Of a DNA stretch of 64,000 nucleotides, positions 9,414 through 19,972 are shown in pieces. A model generated the notes under the pieces. That model was not told where the DNA came from. It did no database searches and saw nothing but the letters and a program-made list of their open reading frames with translations. Position 1 is the stretch's first letter, and each line of letters starts with the position of its first letter. The position numbers and the translations under genes are program-made. Source of the stretch: Chloroflexota bacterium (GTDB taxonomy: Bacteria > Chloroflexota > Anaerolineae > Anaerolineales > E44-bin32); contig JAJRUD010000045.1 of assembly GCA_024277995.1 (NCBI GenBank), forward strand, positions 12,778-76,777. Reading direction: 5' to 3'.

Positions 9414-9431
9414 GGCACCTGCTCCATATCC

Positions 9432-10514
9432 CTAGGAGGTTGCGAACTCTTCTTCCGAGAGGGGTGAGGGGGCTTCGTTCCAGGAGTTCGTCAGGCTCCA
9501 GTAGCGATTCATGATCCACGGCCTTATCGGCTCACGACGCGTGATCGCCGCCAGGATGTCGATGCACACCGGAGGCAGCCGGGAGAGCACGAATTGCGCG
9601 CTGCTGAAGAAATCGAAAAAACGTCGCCGGGATTCCACGAAGGCCGCATAGCGCTCCAGACCTTCGCTGTGGGATAGCTCCCCATGCAGCACCTTCCCCA
9701 GGATCTGGCCGCAGGCCTCGCCGAAGAAGAGCGCCGGGCGTATCCCCTCACCCGTCAGGCCGACGCACATACCCGCCGCGTCGCCGACGACGAAGACCGG
9801 CCCGGCCACAGGTGACCGCAGCGTGTGCGGGAAATAGGTGCCGTGGATCGTATCAGGCGAAAGCCGGAAGTGCTCCATCAGGCGGTCGAGGGGCTCCTGC
9901 AGCGGCAAGGCGCCGCGATAGGAGGCCACGCCGACGCCGATCTCCCCCCGGCGCGGGAAGACCCAACCCACTCCCGGGCCTACCAGTCGCCGGTCGTACC
10001 AGAAGTGCAGACCTTCCGTCGGCGCCTCCTGTGTGAGGGGCACGGCCGTCTCGATGCCAAAGTTCATGGCACGGTTCTCGTTGAAGGATGGCTGCACCGA
10101 ACTGGCCAGCACAGCCCTCCAGCCTGAGGCGTCGACCAGGTGTTTGGCGGCTAACTCGCCGCGCGTCGTGAGCACCTTGCCATTCTCGTAGCCCAACACC
10201 CTCGCCTGCAGGAACTCCGCGCCGCTGCGCTCGAAAAGCGTCTCACAAAGCCGCTTGTAGTCGAAGGTGCACCACGGATAGGGAGACGGATAAGAGAAGT
10301 CCCCGCGGCGCGTATGCAGCACAATGCGGTCGTGGACTTGCAGCACCGCGCCGGACAGGTTCCAGTATTCGAGCGTCGCGAGCATGGTTCCGCAGGCTGA
10401 AGTCTGATCTTCACCGGGGGGTTTCGAGTCGATCAGCAGTACTCGTCGTCCCCGCAACTGGTTGGCCACCGCCAACCCGGCGAAACTGGCTCCGACAATG
10501 AGGGCGTCATACAC
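9432..10514 (-). CDS. Geranylgeranyl-reductase-like FAD-dependent oxidoreductase
   Basis: IVGASFAGL, DASG, GWVFP, VGDAAG...TGEGI. Confidence 0.85.
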   Translation of the reverse strand: MYDALIVGASFAGLAVANQLRGRRVLLIDSKPPGEDQTSACGTMLATLEYWNLSGAVLQVHDRIVLHTRRGDFSYPSPYPWCTFDYKRLCETLFERSGAEFLQARVLGYENGKVLTTRGELAAKHLVDASGWRAVLASSVQPSFNENRAMNFGIETAVPLTQEAPTEGLHFWYDRRLVGPGVGWVFPRRGEIGVGVASYRGALPLQEPLDRLMEHFRLSPDTIHGTYFPHTLRSPVAGPVFVVGDAAGMCVGLTGEGIRPALFFGEACGQILGKVLHGELSHSEGLERYAAFVESRRRFFDFFSSAQFVLSRLPPVCIDILAAITRREPIRPWIMNRYWSLTNSWNEAPSPLSEEEFATS

Positions 10515-10578
10515 AGTATGGCTCCACGTTGGGCCGGGCGGGGGCAGTGCGCCCCCGCCCGATAGTTGGCCGCAGGTG

Positions 10579-10857
10579 CTAGGCCTGCGTTCCGCCTGAT
10601 GCTCCCCGGCTCACCCAGTAGTTGTAGGGCCAGACCAGCAGAGCCGCCAGGTACAGGCTGTAGCCGACGATCCACAGCAGGCCGATGATGAACCCGCTGG
10701 CCGTTACGGGCCAGGTGAACCCCGGAACAAGGGGCATCCAGGCCTGATACATCGTCCAGCCGAAGATCAAGTCCCCGGCGATGCACAGCACGTAGCTGAC
10801 TGTGAGTGCGATGAACAGCGTGACGCTTGCCGCACCGAAATCCAGCTTCGCCTTCAT
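10579..10857 (-). CDS. Small membrane protein (DUF5676-like)
   Basis: SYVLC, LVPGFTW and YN motifs; directly downstream of copA. Confidence 0.7.
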   Translation of the reverse strand: MKAKLDFGAASVTLFIALTVSYVLCIAGDLIFGWTMYQAWMPLVPGFTWPVTASGFIIGLLWIVGYSLYLAALLVWPYNYWVSRGASGGTQA

Positions 10858-10875
10858 CGTGACCTCCTTGCTCCC

Positions 10876-13392
10876 TCAGGCAGCCACCTCGGCGTGTGAA
10901 GGGAGCGGCTTGGGCGCCTCCTCGGTCCCGGAGGGCCGCTTGTACGAAGGCGCGATATCGACCTTGCGCAGTCGGTTGGCGTTGGTAACCACCGTCACCG
11001 AGCTGGTCGCCATGGCGATCTCGGCCAGCACCGGGTGCATCCACCCGATGACTGCCAGCGGGATCATGGCCACGTTGTAGAAGAAAGCCCAGAACAGGTT
11101 CTGCTTGATCTTGCGGAAGGTGGCATGGCTCAGGTTGATGGCCTCCACCAGGCCCGTCAGCTCGCCGCGCACCAGCGTGACGTCGCTGGCCTCGATGGCG
11201 ATGTCGGTGCCGGTCCCGATGGCGATGCCCACATTGGCCTGTTTCAGCGCCGGCGCGTCGTTGATGCCGTCGCCGACGAAGGCGATTAGGCCGAAGCGCT
11301 CCTGCAGCTTCTGCACTTCTTCCACCTTGCCATCGGGAAGGACCTCAGCCAGCACGTGATCCATCCCTACGATGCGGGCGATCGCGTTGGCCGTCCGTTG
11401 GTTGTCGCCGGTGATCATGGCCGTCTCGATCCCCATGCGGTGGAGCTCGTTGATGGCAGCCACGGAGTCTTCCTTCAACGTGTCGGCCACGGCGATCAGC
11501 CCAACCAGGGCCCCATCGGTCGCCACGAGCATGGCGGTCTTGGCGTCCTCTTCCAGCCCGCGCAGGGTTTCCTCGAACGGCTCAGGGTCAAGCCCGTTCT
11601 CTCGCATCAAGCGCCGCGTGCCGACCAGCACTCGCTGACCGTCCACCTGGGCCGTGACGCCCTTGCCACGGACCGCCTGGAACTCGCTAGGCTCGACCAG
11701 CGGCAGCCCTTCGGCCTCAGCGCGCTTGACGATGGAGCGCCCCAGCGGGTGCTCGCTGCCCATCTCAGCCGAAGCCGCCAGACGCAGCACCGTCTGCTCG
11801 TCATACCCGTCGGCGGCCACCACGTCGGTGACATCAGGTCGACCTTTGGTGATGGTCCCCGTCTTGTCGAAAACCACGACCTTGACATCTTTCAGGGTCT
11901 GGATGGCCTCGCCGGTGCGGATCAGGATGCCGTGCTCGGCACCCATCCCGCTGCCGACCATCAACGCGGTCGGCGTCGCCAGCCCGAGGGCACATGGGCA
12001 GGCGATCACCAACACAGCTACCATCGAGACGATCGCCAGTGTGATGACGCCCAGGTTCGGATCCACCCAGGGAAGGAAGGATCCTGCTTCTACCAGGGAG
12101 GACATTGGCCCCGGCAGCAGAATCCACGCCAGGAAGGTCACCAAAGCGATGCCGATCACCACCGGCACGAAGAAACTCGTCACCTTGTCGGCGAACTCCT
12201 GGATGGGAACCTTCGATCCCTGGCATTCCTCCACCATTTTGATCACCTGGGAAAGGAAGGTGTCCTTCCCCACCCGGGTGGCCTCGATCTTCAGCAGGCC
12301 TTCCTGATTGACGGTGGCCCCGATGGCTTCATCTCCGGGGCGCTTGTTCACCGGCATCGATTCGCCCGTGGCCATCGACTCGTCCACGGCGCTCTCACCT
12401 TCGCGAACGATGCCATCGGTGGGGATCTTCTCGCCCGGACGAACGATCATCAGATCGCCTACCACCACCTCTTCGATCGGCACCTCGATTTCCTGGCCAT
12501 CGCGCAGCACGCGCGCCGTCTTGGCGCCCAATTCGAGCAGCTTGCGGATGGCCTGTGAGGCCCGGCCCTTGGCGGTCTCTTCCACGAACCGCCCTGTCAG
12601 GTGGAAGGCCATGATCATGGCCCCTACCCCGGCGTAGTTGGCCACCGGGTAGAAGAAATAGGCCGGCCCGGTGAGCAGCGAAACGCCCGTGCCGAGCGCA
12701 ATGAGCGTGTCCATGTTGGCGTAACCATGGCGCACGGCGGCTAACCCGCTTCTATAGGTCCGCCTTCCCAGCCAGAAGAGCACAGGCAGCGTGAAGAGGA
12801 TCAGACCCAGGTTGTAGATGGTGGCATTGGGCCACACGATGCCGAAGAACATCTCGGCGAACATCCACAGGATGATGGGGGCGGTGAACGCCCAGGCCAT
12901 CCACATGCGGAAGCGAGCATCGCGCATCTTGCGCTCCGTCTCTTCTTCCTCTTGCTGTTCTGCCGCCGCGGCCGTGTCCAGGACCTCATAGCCTGTCTTG
13001 GCAACGGCCCGCTTGAAGTCGGCCAGCGAGGCCACCCCGGGCACGAAGGTCACGCTGGCCTTTTCGGTGGCGAGATTGACGTTCACATCGATCACACCAG
13101 GCACATCGCTCAGCGCGCTCTCGACGTGCGCCGTGCAGGAAGCGCAGGTCATGCCGCCGATGGGAAGCACGACTTTCTCCACGGACACGTCGTAGCCTGC
13201 TTCACGCACGGCCTTCACCAGATCCCCGATCTCCACGTCGCCGTTGGCGAACTCCACCGTGGCCCGTTCCGTGGCCAGGTTGACGTTGACCTTCGCCACC
13301 CCCTCGACCTTGCTCAGTGCCTTCTCTATATGGCCGGCACATGATGCACAGGTCATTCCTTGCACAGGAAGGATGATTTGCCTACTTGCCAT
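10876..13392 (-). CDS. copA: Cu(I)-exporting P1B-type ATPase
   Basis: Two GMTCASC HMA domains, [26 protein letters not shown] and MATSS. Confidence 0.97.
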   Translation of the reverse strand: MASRQIILPVQGMTCASCAGHIEKALSKVEGVAKVNVNLATERATVEFANGDVEIGDLVKAVREAGYDVSVEKVVLPIGGMTCASCTAHVESALSDVPGVIDVNVNLATEKASVTFVPGVASLADFKRAVAKTGYEVLDTAAAAEQQEEEETERKMRDARFRMWMAWAFTAPIILWMFAEMFFGIVWPNATIYNLGLILFTLPVLFWLGRRTYRSGLAAVRHGYANMDTLIALGTGVSLLTGPAYFFYPVANYAGVGAMIMAFHLTGRFVEETAKGRASQAIRKLLELGAKTARVLRDGQEIEVPIEEVVVGDLMIVRPGEKIPTDGIVREGESAVDESMATGESMPVNKRPGDEAIGATVNQEGLLKIEATRVGKDTFLSQVIKMVEECQGSKVPIQEFADKVTSFFVPVVIGIALVTFLAWILLPGPMSSLVEAGSFLPWVDPNLGVITLAIVSMVAVLVIACPCALGLATPTALMVGSGMGAEHGILIRTGEAIQTLKDVKVVVFDKTGTITKGRPDVTDVVAADGYDEQTVLRLAASAEMGSEHPLGRSIVKRAEAEGLPLVEPSEFQAVRGKGVTAQVDGQRVLVGTRRLMRENGLDPEPFEETLRGLEEDAKTAMLVATDGALVGLIAVADTLKEDSVAAINELHRMGIETAMITGDNQRTANAIARIVGMDHVLAEVLPDGKVEEVQKLQERFGLIAFVGDGINDAPALKQANVGIAIGTGTDIAIEASDVTLVRGELTGLVEAINLSHATFRKIKQNLFWAFFYNVAMIPLAVIGWMHPVLAEIAMATSSVTVVTNANRLRKVDIAPSYKRPSGTEEAPKPLPSHAEVAA

Positions 13393-13450
13393 GAGAGGAC
13401 TCCTCGTATGATTTGATAGTCGATCTTGACAGGTGCGCGCTGCGCCGCGA

Positions 13451-13741
13451 CTACGACTCGATCATTCCGGCGCGCGTCGCCGCCAGGACCTCACCTAATT
13501 CTAAAACCAACCGCTGCCGCTCAGGGACGTCCGCTCGCTCAAGCGCCGCAGGCATGCAGCCCAACAGATGCTCTTTCACGATCAGGGCAACCACCCTGTC
13601 CAGCGCTCCCTGCAACGCGCGAACCTGTCGCAGGACCTCCAGGCAGGGATGGTCTCCTTCGACCATGCGCGCCACACCACGGGTGTGACCCTCGATGCTG
13701 CGCAGGCGGCGCAAGATGTCGACTTGTTGTTCGGTTCGCAT
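13451..13741 (-). CDS. csoR: CsoR-family copper-sensing repressor
   Basis: RLRSIEGH, Cys...HLLGC ligand set; upstream of copA; RBS GGAGG. Confidence 0.88.
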   Translation of the reverse strand: MRTEQQVDILRRLRSIEGHTRGVARMVEGDHPCLEVLRQVRALQGALDRVVALIVKEHLLGCMPAALERADVPERQRLVLELGEVLAATRAGMIES

Positions 13742-13805
13742 CCGGCACTCCCTCCATGTCCCTGTGCCACCGGCACCCAGCCCCGGCGGGGGGCTTTCCC
13801 CACTC

Positions 13806-13848
13806 ATCGTATCCCTCCATCGAGGCCAGGGAAACAGGTCATTGGCCT
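13806..13848 (-). promoter_or_regulatory. Operator box (13835-13848) and -10 TACGAT for csoR-copA
   Basis: Minus-strand ATAGGCCAATGACCTG ends 23 nt before TACGAT. Confidence 0.5.
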
Positions 13849-13979
13849 ATCCCGGTATAGGCATTCTCCCCCCCGCCTTCCAGGGCGGGTCCATATTTCG
13901 GAGCGCCCGCAGCCCGGATCGCCACCCTGCCTCCCTTACCTTCCGTCGATCTCGCGATTCCCTGAAAGGCCCGCCCGCA

Positions 13980-14011
13980 AGGTCCTGGAGCCTGTGCAGG
14001 TTCCAGGACCT
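13980..14011. repeat. Inverted repeat just after the hlyD-family stop (terminator/REP-like)
   Basis: AGGTCCTGGAGCCTG-TG-CAGGTTCCAGGACCT. Confidence 0.55.
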
Positions 14012-14024
14012 GCGGGAGGCCACA

Positions 14025-15599
14025 TCATTGCTCGAACACCACATCGGCGATCATCCCCGGCTTCAGCGCCAGGTCGTCATTCTCCAGCGCGATCACCACC
14101 GCGTACACCAGGCGCACCCGGTTGTCCTCGGTCTGGATATTGGTGGGGGTGAACTCGGCCTCGTTGGCTATGCGCAGAACCGTCCCGCTGAAGACGCGAT
14201 CGGGATAGGCGTCCACGCGCACTTCCGCCCTCTGGCCGAGGCTGACGCGACCGAAGCGATCCTCAGGCAGGTAGACCGTCAGCTCGAGTACATCCAGCCG
14301 GCCGATCTCGAGCAGCGTCGTGCCGGGCAAGACTGTCTCGCCGGGTTCAACGCTCCGGGTCAACACCATGCCATCCCAGGGCGCGGCGATGGTGAACTTG
14401 CCAAGCTGCACTTCCAGCGCCGCCACCTGCGCCTGGGCCGCCTCCACCTGCGCGCGGGCGGCCTCGATTTCCTCAGCGCGGGCGCCTTGCCTCAGGGAGG
14501 CCAGGTTGGCGGCCGCCGCATCCCGCTGGGCGATGGCGATGTCGATCTGTGCCAGGACGGCCTCAACCGCGACCAGGCCGCTGCCCCCACCCGGAGCCGC
14601 TCGCCGGCCGGCGAGGGTTGTCGACTGCAGTTGTGCCTGCAGACGCTGCACCTGATCCCATCCCGCCGTCAACTGCAGCCCCGAGATACCGGAAGTCAGA
14701 GCTTCGTAGGCATCCTGGGTGGCCGCTTCCAGCTTGCGGGCGTCCTGCAACGTGGCCCGCAGCGTCGCCAGTGCATCCGGTGTGGTGTTCTCGTCATCGG
14801 CCAGGCCGTCGTAGATGGCCTGGACCTGCGCCAGGTTGAATTGGGCCGTCTCCCAACTCTGGCGCGCCATCTCGACTTGCAGATAATAGGGCCGTGCATC
14901 GTCTCTGGCCAGATCGTAGACCTGCCGTGCTACATCGACGGCGGCTTGCGCGCCGGCCAGGGTGGCGTCAGTGGCGGCGATGACATAAGCCGGATTGCGA
15001 TTGTCATTGGCCAGGTCGTCGCGCCGGTCCTGCAGCGCCGATAGATTGCCCTCCGCAGTCACCAGCGCGTCCCGCACCTGCTCGAGCTGATCCGCGGTGA
15101 ACACGACCTTCGCGTCGTAGTATCTGATGCGGGCGCCGTCCAGGCTGTTGTAGAGCGCAGACACTTCCTCCGGTCTGGCGTTTTGCGTCAGGGCGTACAG
15201 GTTGGCGCGCGCCGCCCGCAGACCGGCCTCGGCGGCCGCCAGTTGTGCTTCCGCAGCCTTGATGAGTTCCTCAGGGGCCCCGGCTTCGAGCAGTTCGAGG
15301 TTGGCCTGGGCCGCGCGCAGCCCCGCCAGCGCCTGATCCCGTTGGGCGGCCAGCAACTCGTCATCCACACGCACCAGCAGCTGACCGGCAGTCACTCTTT
15401 CGCCCTCCTCGACCAGGACCTCGACCACCCGTCCACCGATTTCGGGGGCCAGGTTCGCGGTGCGAGCCTCGACCACTCCCGTCGCTTTGAGCCCGGCTTC
15501 GCCGGCAGCGCTCGCCGTTTGCGACTGCCAGAGCCAAAAGCCTCCCGCACCGGCCGCCAGTATTACCACCACCCAGACGATGATCTTCTTGTAGTTCAT
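14025..15599 (-). CDS. HlyD-family membrane fusion protein (YbhG-like) with long coiled coil
   Basis: N-terminal TM, lipoyl half-motifs, AEFTP.NIQT...RLVY. Confidence 0.9.
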   Translation of the reverse strand: MNYKKIIVWVVVILAAGAGGFWLWQSQTASAAGEAGLKATGVVEARTANLAPEIGGRVVEVLVEEGERVTAGQLLVRVDDELLAAQRDQALAGLRAAQANLELLEAGAPEELIKAAEAQLAAAEAGLRAARANLYALTQNARPEEVSALYNSLDGARIRYYDAKVVFTADQLEQVRDALVTAEGNLSALQDRRDDLANDNRNPAYVIAATDATLAGAQAAVDVARQVYDLARDDARPYYLQVEMARQSWETAQFNLAQVQAIYDGLADDENTTPDALATLRATLQDARKLEAATQDAYEALTSGISGLQLTAGWDQVQRLQAQLQSTTLAGRRAAPGGGSGLVAVEAVLAQIDIAIAQRDAAAANLASLRQGARAEEIEAARAQVEAAQAQVAALEVQLGKFTIAAPWDGMVLTRSVEPGETVLPGTTLLEIGRLDVLELTVYLPEDRFGRVSLGQRAEVRVDAYPDRVFSGTVLRIANEAEFTPTNIQTEDNRVRLVYAVVIALENDDLALKPGMIADVVFEQ

Positions 15600-15645
15600 G
15601 AGAGATACCTCCCTGCCGGACTGCAGCGCCCGGCTAATTGATCGT

Positions 15646-16779
15646 TCAAGCCAGATTCTTGCGAAAACGCAGCGCGCTTATCCCCAGCAGCACCATGCCG
15701 TAGATTGCCAGTGCCAGAGTCTGGGGCCACAGGATCTCCAGGCCGACGCCTTTGAGGAAGATCCCCAGCGCGGCTTCCACGTAATAGCGCAACGGGCTGA
15801 GGTACGTCAGCCATTGCAAAAAAGGCGGCATGTTGCTGATGGGCACCATGGTCCCGGAAAGAAAAGCCAGCGGAAACAGGACGAAGAAGGCCAGCAACAA
15901 CGTCTGCTGCATGTTCTGGGCGATGGTTCCCATGAGCACCCCGATGCCGCTGCTGCTCAGGAACATGAGCAGCGAGATGGCATAGAAGAGCAGCAGGCTG
16001 CCGCGCAAGGGGACCCCGAAGAGCCACATCGACATGACCACTCCGATGGTCAGGCCCACCATTTTGACCAGGATCATCGGCAGAATCTTGGCCGTGATCA
16101 GCTCGGCCCCTGAAACGGGCGTGATCATCAATTGCTCGAAAGTGCCGGCTTCCTTCTCGCGCACGATGCCAGCCGCCGGCACCAACACCCCCAGCAGCAG
16201 CACGGAGATGGCCAGCATGGTGAGCATGATGAAGTGGACGTACTTCAACTCCGGCATATACCAGATGCGCACCAGGTTCTTCACCCGGGGGAGAAAGGTG
16301 TGGCCAGCCTGGCCGCTGCGCTCGACCCGCACCAGCGTCACCTGTTCGCTGTAGTCTTGCAGCAGACCGCTGGCGTCGGCCAGGGCCTGGCCAGCGATAC
16401 TGCTGTTGGAACCATCCAGCAGCAGTTGCACCTCGGCCGGATCGCCGCGCTGCAGATCGCGACCGAAATCGGCCGGGATGACCAGGGCGAATTGCACTCG
16501 TCCCTCGTCCATCAGATCATCGATCTGCGCCGGATTGTCCACCTGCTCTACCAGCGTGAAGCTGTCCAATCGCATGAAAGCGTTGATCAGCGCCCGGCTC
16601 TCTGCCGAGCGATCGCCGTCATACACCGCGGTGGGCATGTTCTTGACCTCCAGGGTCAACGCCCAGCCGCAGATGGCGATTTCGATGAAGGTGTACAGGA
16701 TCAGGATCACGAGCGCCTTGTCGCGGAAGAATTGGATGAACTCCTTGCGCATCAGGCCCGCCAAGCGACGATTGCTCAT
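15646..16779 (-). CDS. ABC-2 permease (YbhR-like)
   Basis: KEFIQFFRD, VREKEAGTFEQL, PISNMP. Confidence 0.9.
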   Translation of the reverse strand: MSNRRLAGLMRKEFIQFFRDKALVILILYTFIEIAICGWALTLEVKNMPTAVYDGDRSAESRALINAFMRLDSFTLVEQVDNPAQIDDLMDEGRVQFALVIPADFGRDLQRGDPAEVQLLLDGSNSSIAGQALADASGLLQDYSEQVTLVRVERSGQAGHTFLPRVKNLVRIWYMPELKYVHFIMLTMLAISVLLLGVLVPAAGIVREKEAGTFEQLMITPVSGAELITAKILPMILVKMVGLTIGVVMSMWLFGVPLRGSLLLFYAISLLMFLSSSGIGVLMGTIAQNMQQTLLLAFFVLFPLAFLSGTMVPISNMPPFLQWLTYLSPLRYYVEAALGIFLKGVGLEILWPQTLALAIYGMVLLGISALRFRKNLA

Positions 16780-16780
16780 C

Positions 16781-17917
16781 TCAACCCACCTTCTTCTTGA
16801 AGCGCACGGCGGCCAGAGCCACAAGCGCCGACGTGTATACGATCAGGATGACGAGTTGCCCCAGCCAGACCTCCAGCCCAACGCCCTTGAGGAACACGCC
16901 ATAGGTGATCTCGGTGAAATAGCGCGCCGGGAAGAGGTAGGAGTAGAACTGCAGCAACCAGGGCATGGTGAAAATGGGGAACATGAAGCCGGAGAAGAGG
17001 AACGATGGCATGAAGGTGAGCACCAGGGCCAGGAGCATGGCGGCCAGCTGGCTGCTGGTGAGCGTGCTGACCAGCAGGCCGATGGCCACGGTGCCGATCA
17101 CGTAGGGGATAGAGGCCAGGACGAAGAGCCACACGCTCCCGGCGATGGGCACGTCGAACCAGTATCTGGCCGCCAGCAACAGCAATGCGAGCTCGCCAAA
17201 GGCGATGACCACATAGGGGATAAGCTTGCCCAGGATGAATGCCGCCGGGCTCACCGGCGAGACGAAGATCTGCTGGATGGAGCCGCGCTCCTTCTCGCGC
17301 ACGATGGACAGCGCCGTCAGCAGCGGCGCGAAGGCCATCAATATGGTGCCGATCAGGCCGGGCACGATGAAATTGGCGCTCTTCAGGGCGGGGTTGTAGC
17401 GCACGCGCGGCACGGCCTGGATGGCCGGAGCCATGCTGGCACCGCCGGGCGCTCCCAGCGCGGTGAAATGCTCGGCCAGCAACCGGCCCGAGAAGACCTG
17501 GTTGATGGCATCCACGTAGCCCTGGACGACCCGCGCCGAGGTGGGGAAGGTGCCGTCCACCAGCGTCTGCACCTCAGCCGTCCTGCCGCCCAACAGGGCC
17601 TTCGAGAATCCGGAAGGGATCAGCAAGGCCACCTGGGCTTTGCCCTGATCGAGCAGGCGCCCCGCCTCCTCCGGCGTCGCGGGCCGATACTTCAGCTCGA
17701 AACTGCCGGTGTTGACGTACATCGCGGCGTAGGAGCGGCTTTCGGCGCTGTTGTCCAGGTCCACCACGGCCAGCGGGATGTTCTTCACATCCAGGTCGAG
17801 AGAGTAGGCGAAGAGGAACAGGAGCACCAGCGGCAGGAAGATGGCGATACCCAACGTATAGGGATCGCGCATGATCTCGCGGAATTCCTTCTTCAGAATG
17901 GGTGTCACGCCGCTCAT
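16781..17917 (-). CDS. ABC-2 permease (YbhS-like)
   Basis: KEFREIMRDP, REKERGSIQQ, SGFMFPI. Confidence 0.9.
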   Translation of the reverse strand: MSGVTPILKKEFREIMRDPYTLGIAIFLPLVLLFLFAYSLDLDVKNIPLAVVDLDNSAESRSYAAMYVNTGSFELKYRPATPEEAGRLLDQGKAQVALLIPSGFSKALLGGRTAEVQTLVDGTFPTSARVVQGYVDAINQVFSGRLLAEHFTALGAPGGASMAPAIQAVPRVRYNPALKSANFIVPGLIGTILMAFAPLLTALSIVREKERGSIQQIFVSPVSPAAFILGKLIPYVVIAFGELALLLLAARYWFDVPIAGSVWLFVLASIPYVIGTVAIGLLVSTLTSSQLAAMLLALVLTFMPSFLFSGFMFPIFTMPWLLQFYSYLFPARYFTEITYGVFLKGVGLEVWLGQLVILIVYTSALVALAAVRFKKKVG

Positions 17918-19911
17918 GCCGCCTGCCTCGCTTTCCGGCCTTCTGCTTCCATTTCTATGAAGAGCATGAACAGGTCCTCCAGGGAAATAGGAACGGTATG
18001 GATCGGACCGCTCATCAGATCATGGGGGCCCAGCGCCTCTTCAATGGCGTGCTGCCCGGGCTCTGCTTCCCACACCAGGACGTGCAGTTTGTCGCCGAAG
18101 ATGCTGGTCTGGATGATCCCGGAAAGCCCCTCCAGAGGTACCAGCGCCGCCAGCGGATCGCGCACCGGCACCTCCAGCAGCGAGCCCAACTTCATGTCGC
18201 TGCGCAGCTTCGCCGGCCCACCGCGCGCGATCAGCCGCCCCTGATGGAGCAGGCCCAGGCTGTGGCAGTGCTCGGCTTCGTCCATATAGTGGGTCGTGAC
18301 GAAGACCGTCACGCCCTGGAGCGAGAGGGTGAAAATCAGGTCCCAGAATTCCCGGCGCGAGACGGGGTCAACGCCGCTGGTGGGCTCGTCCAGGAAGAGG
18401 ATCTCCGGCTCATGCAGCACGGCGCATCCAAGCGCCAGGCGCTGCTTCCAACCGCCGGAGAGATCGCGCGCCAGCAGATGTTCTTTTCCCGCCAGACCGG
18501 CCATATCCAGCACCCAGCGCTTGCGTTCGTCCAGACGAGAGGGAGACAGCTCGTACACGTCGCCGTAGAAGCGGATGTTCTCCTCGACGGTGAGGTCGTC
18601 GTAGAGCGAGAATCTCTGCGACATGTAGCCGATGCGGGGCTTCATGGCCGATCGCTGGCGCCTGACATCGAAGCCGGCCACCGTGGCCCGGCCCTCTGTG
18701 GGCTCCAACAGGCCGCACAGCATGCGGATAGTGGTGGTCTTGCCTGAGCCGTTCGGCCCCAGAAAGCCGAAGATTTCGCCGCGTCGCACCTCGAAGCTCA
18801 GGTTGTCCACCGCCGTAAACGAGCCGAAGCGCCGGGTGAGCCCTTCGGCGCGCACCGCGATGCCATCACCCGCAACTTCCGAGACCCCCTCGGACTTCGC
18901 AGGTGCGCCTTTCATTTCCCCCGGCGTGGGTCTTTCGAAGGCGGGGAGCGGAACGCGCGCCGAGGCCGGGCCCTCGCGCTGCGCCTCGATGGCGGCGATG
19001 AACACGTCCTCCAGGCTGGGTGAGGTGGTCTTCATCCCCAGCACCTCCACTCCCGCCGCGGCGAGCTTCTCCGTCAGCCCACCGATCATGGACGACCCAT
19101 CGCGCAGCAGCAGGTGCAGGCGTTCACCGAAGATCTGAACCTGGGTCACTCCGGGCATCTCGCGCAGCCGCGCCACGGCCTGCATCTGCGGCTTGGCGAT
19201 CAATTCCACGGCCACGCCCTTCAGCGAGCGCTTGAGCGCACCCGGCGTGTCATAGGCGATCAGCTTCCCCTGCCGCAGCAGTCCCACCTTATGGCAGCGC
19301 TCGGCCTCATCCATATAGGGTGTGCTCACGAAGATGGTGATGCCCTCCGCCAGGAACTCGTACAGCAGCTTCCAGAACTCCTGACGTGAGACAGGATCGA
19401 CGCCGGTCGTCGGTTCGTCGAGGAACAAGACCTGCGGCCTATGAATCAGGTTGCAGGCCAGCGCCAGTTTCTTCTTCATGCCGCCCGAGAGGTGCTGCGC
19501 CCTTCTGCCGCGCGCCTCCACCAGGCGGGCGAAGCGCAGCAGCTTCTCCTTGCGCTCGGCCGCCACCTCCGGCGGCACGCGATACAGCTCGGCGAAGAAG
19601 TCGATGTTCTCCTCCACCGAGAGCGAGCCGTAGAGCGTGAACCCCTCCGACATGTACCCGACTTTGCCGCCAAGCTGCTCCGAATCGCGGACCACATCCA
19701 CACCCGCCACGTGCACTTCGCCTGCGCTGGGCGTCAGGATGCCGCATAACATCTGGATGGTGGTCGTTTTTCCGGCACCGTCGGGGCCAACCAGACCGAA
19801 GATCTGCCCACGCTGGACTTCCAGATCGACCCCACGCACAGCCTCCACCATCTTGGACCCTTTGCCGTAGGTCTTCGCCAATCCCGTGGCTTTGATCATG
19901 ACACCTCTCAT
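17914..19911 (-). CDS. ABC transporter ATP-binding protein with two NBDs (YbhF-like)
   Basis: GPDGAGKTT and GPNGSGKTT, two LSGG, two DEPT. Confidence 0.93.
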   Translation of the reverse strand: MRGVMIKATGLAKTYGKGSKMVEAVRGVDLEVQRGQIFGLVGPDGAGKTTTIQMLCGILTPSAGEVHVAGVDVVRDSEQLGGKVGYMSEGFTLYGSLSVEENIDFFAELYRVPPEVAAERKEKLLRFARLVEARGRRAQHLSGGMKKKLALACNLIHRPQVLFLDEPTTGVDPVSRQEFWKLLYEFLAEGITIFVSTPYMDEAERCHKVGLLRQGKLIAYDTPGALKRSLKGVAVELIAKPQMQAVARLREMPGVTQVQIFGERLHLLLRDGSSMIGGLTEKLAAAGVEVLGMKTTSPSLEDVFIAAIEAQREGPASARVPLPAFERPTPGEMKGAPAKSEGVSEVAGDGIAVRAEGLTRRFGSFTAVDNLSFEVRRGEIFGFLGPNGSGKTTTIRMLCGLLEPTEGRATVAGFDVRRQRSAMKPRIGYMSQRFSLYDDLTVEENIRFYGDVYELSPSRLDERKRWVLDMAGLAGKEHLLARDLSGGWKQRLALGCAVLHEPEILFLDEPTSGVDPVSRREFWDLIFTLSLQGVTVFVTTHYMDEAEHCHSLGLLHQGRLIARGGPAKLRSDMKLGSLLEVPVRDPLAALVPLEGLSGIIQTSIFGDKLHVLVWEAEPGQHAIEEALGPHDLMSGPIHTVPISLEDLFMLFIEMEAEGRKARQAA

Positions 19912-19972
19912 CTCGCGCCTTCCACTCGTTACAGTACCTCGGTGCAGCACTGGCCCTGCATGGTGCTCTCGA

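Noticed and set aside
7290-9467. 725-aa plus-strand ORF
   Set aside because: Antisense shadow of cfa and its neighbour in high-GC DNA; no motifs
13845-13862. GCCTATCCCGGTATAGGC palindrome as a CsoR operator
   Set aside because: It overlaps the recurrent box and lacks the usual long C/G tracts; I cannot assign it
16406-18244. 612-aa plus-strand ORF and similar long antisense ORFs (e.g. 11356-12558, 42549-43883, 54643-55911)
   Set aside because: They overlap well-supported genes on the opposite strand
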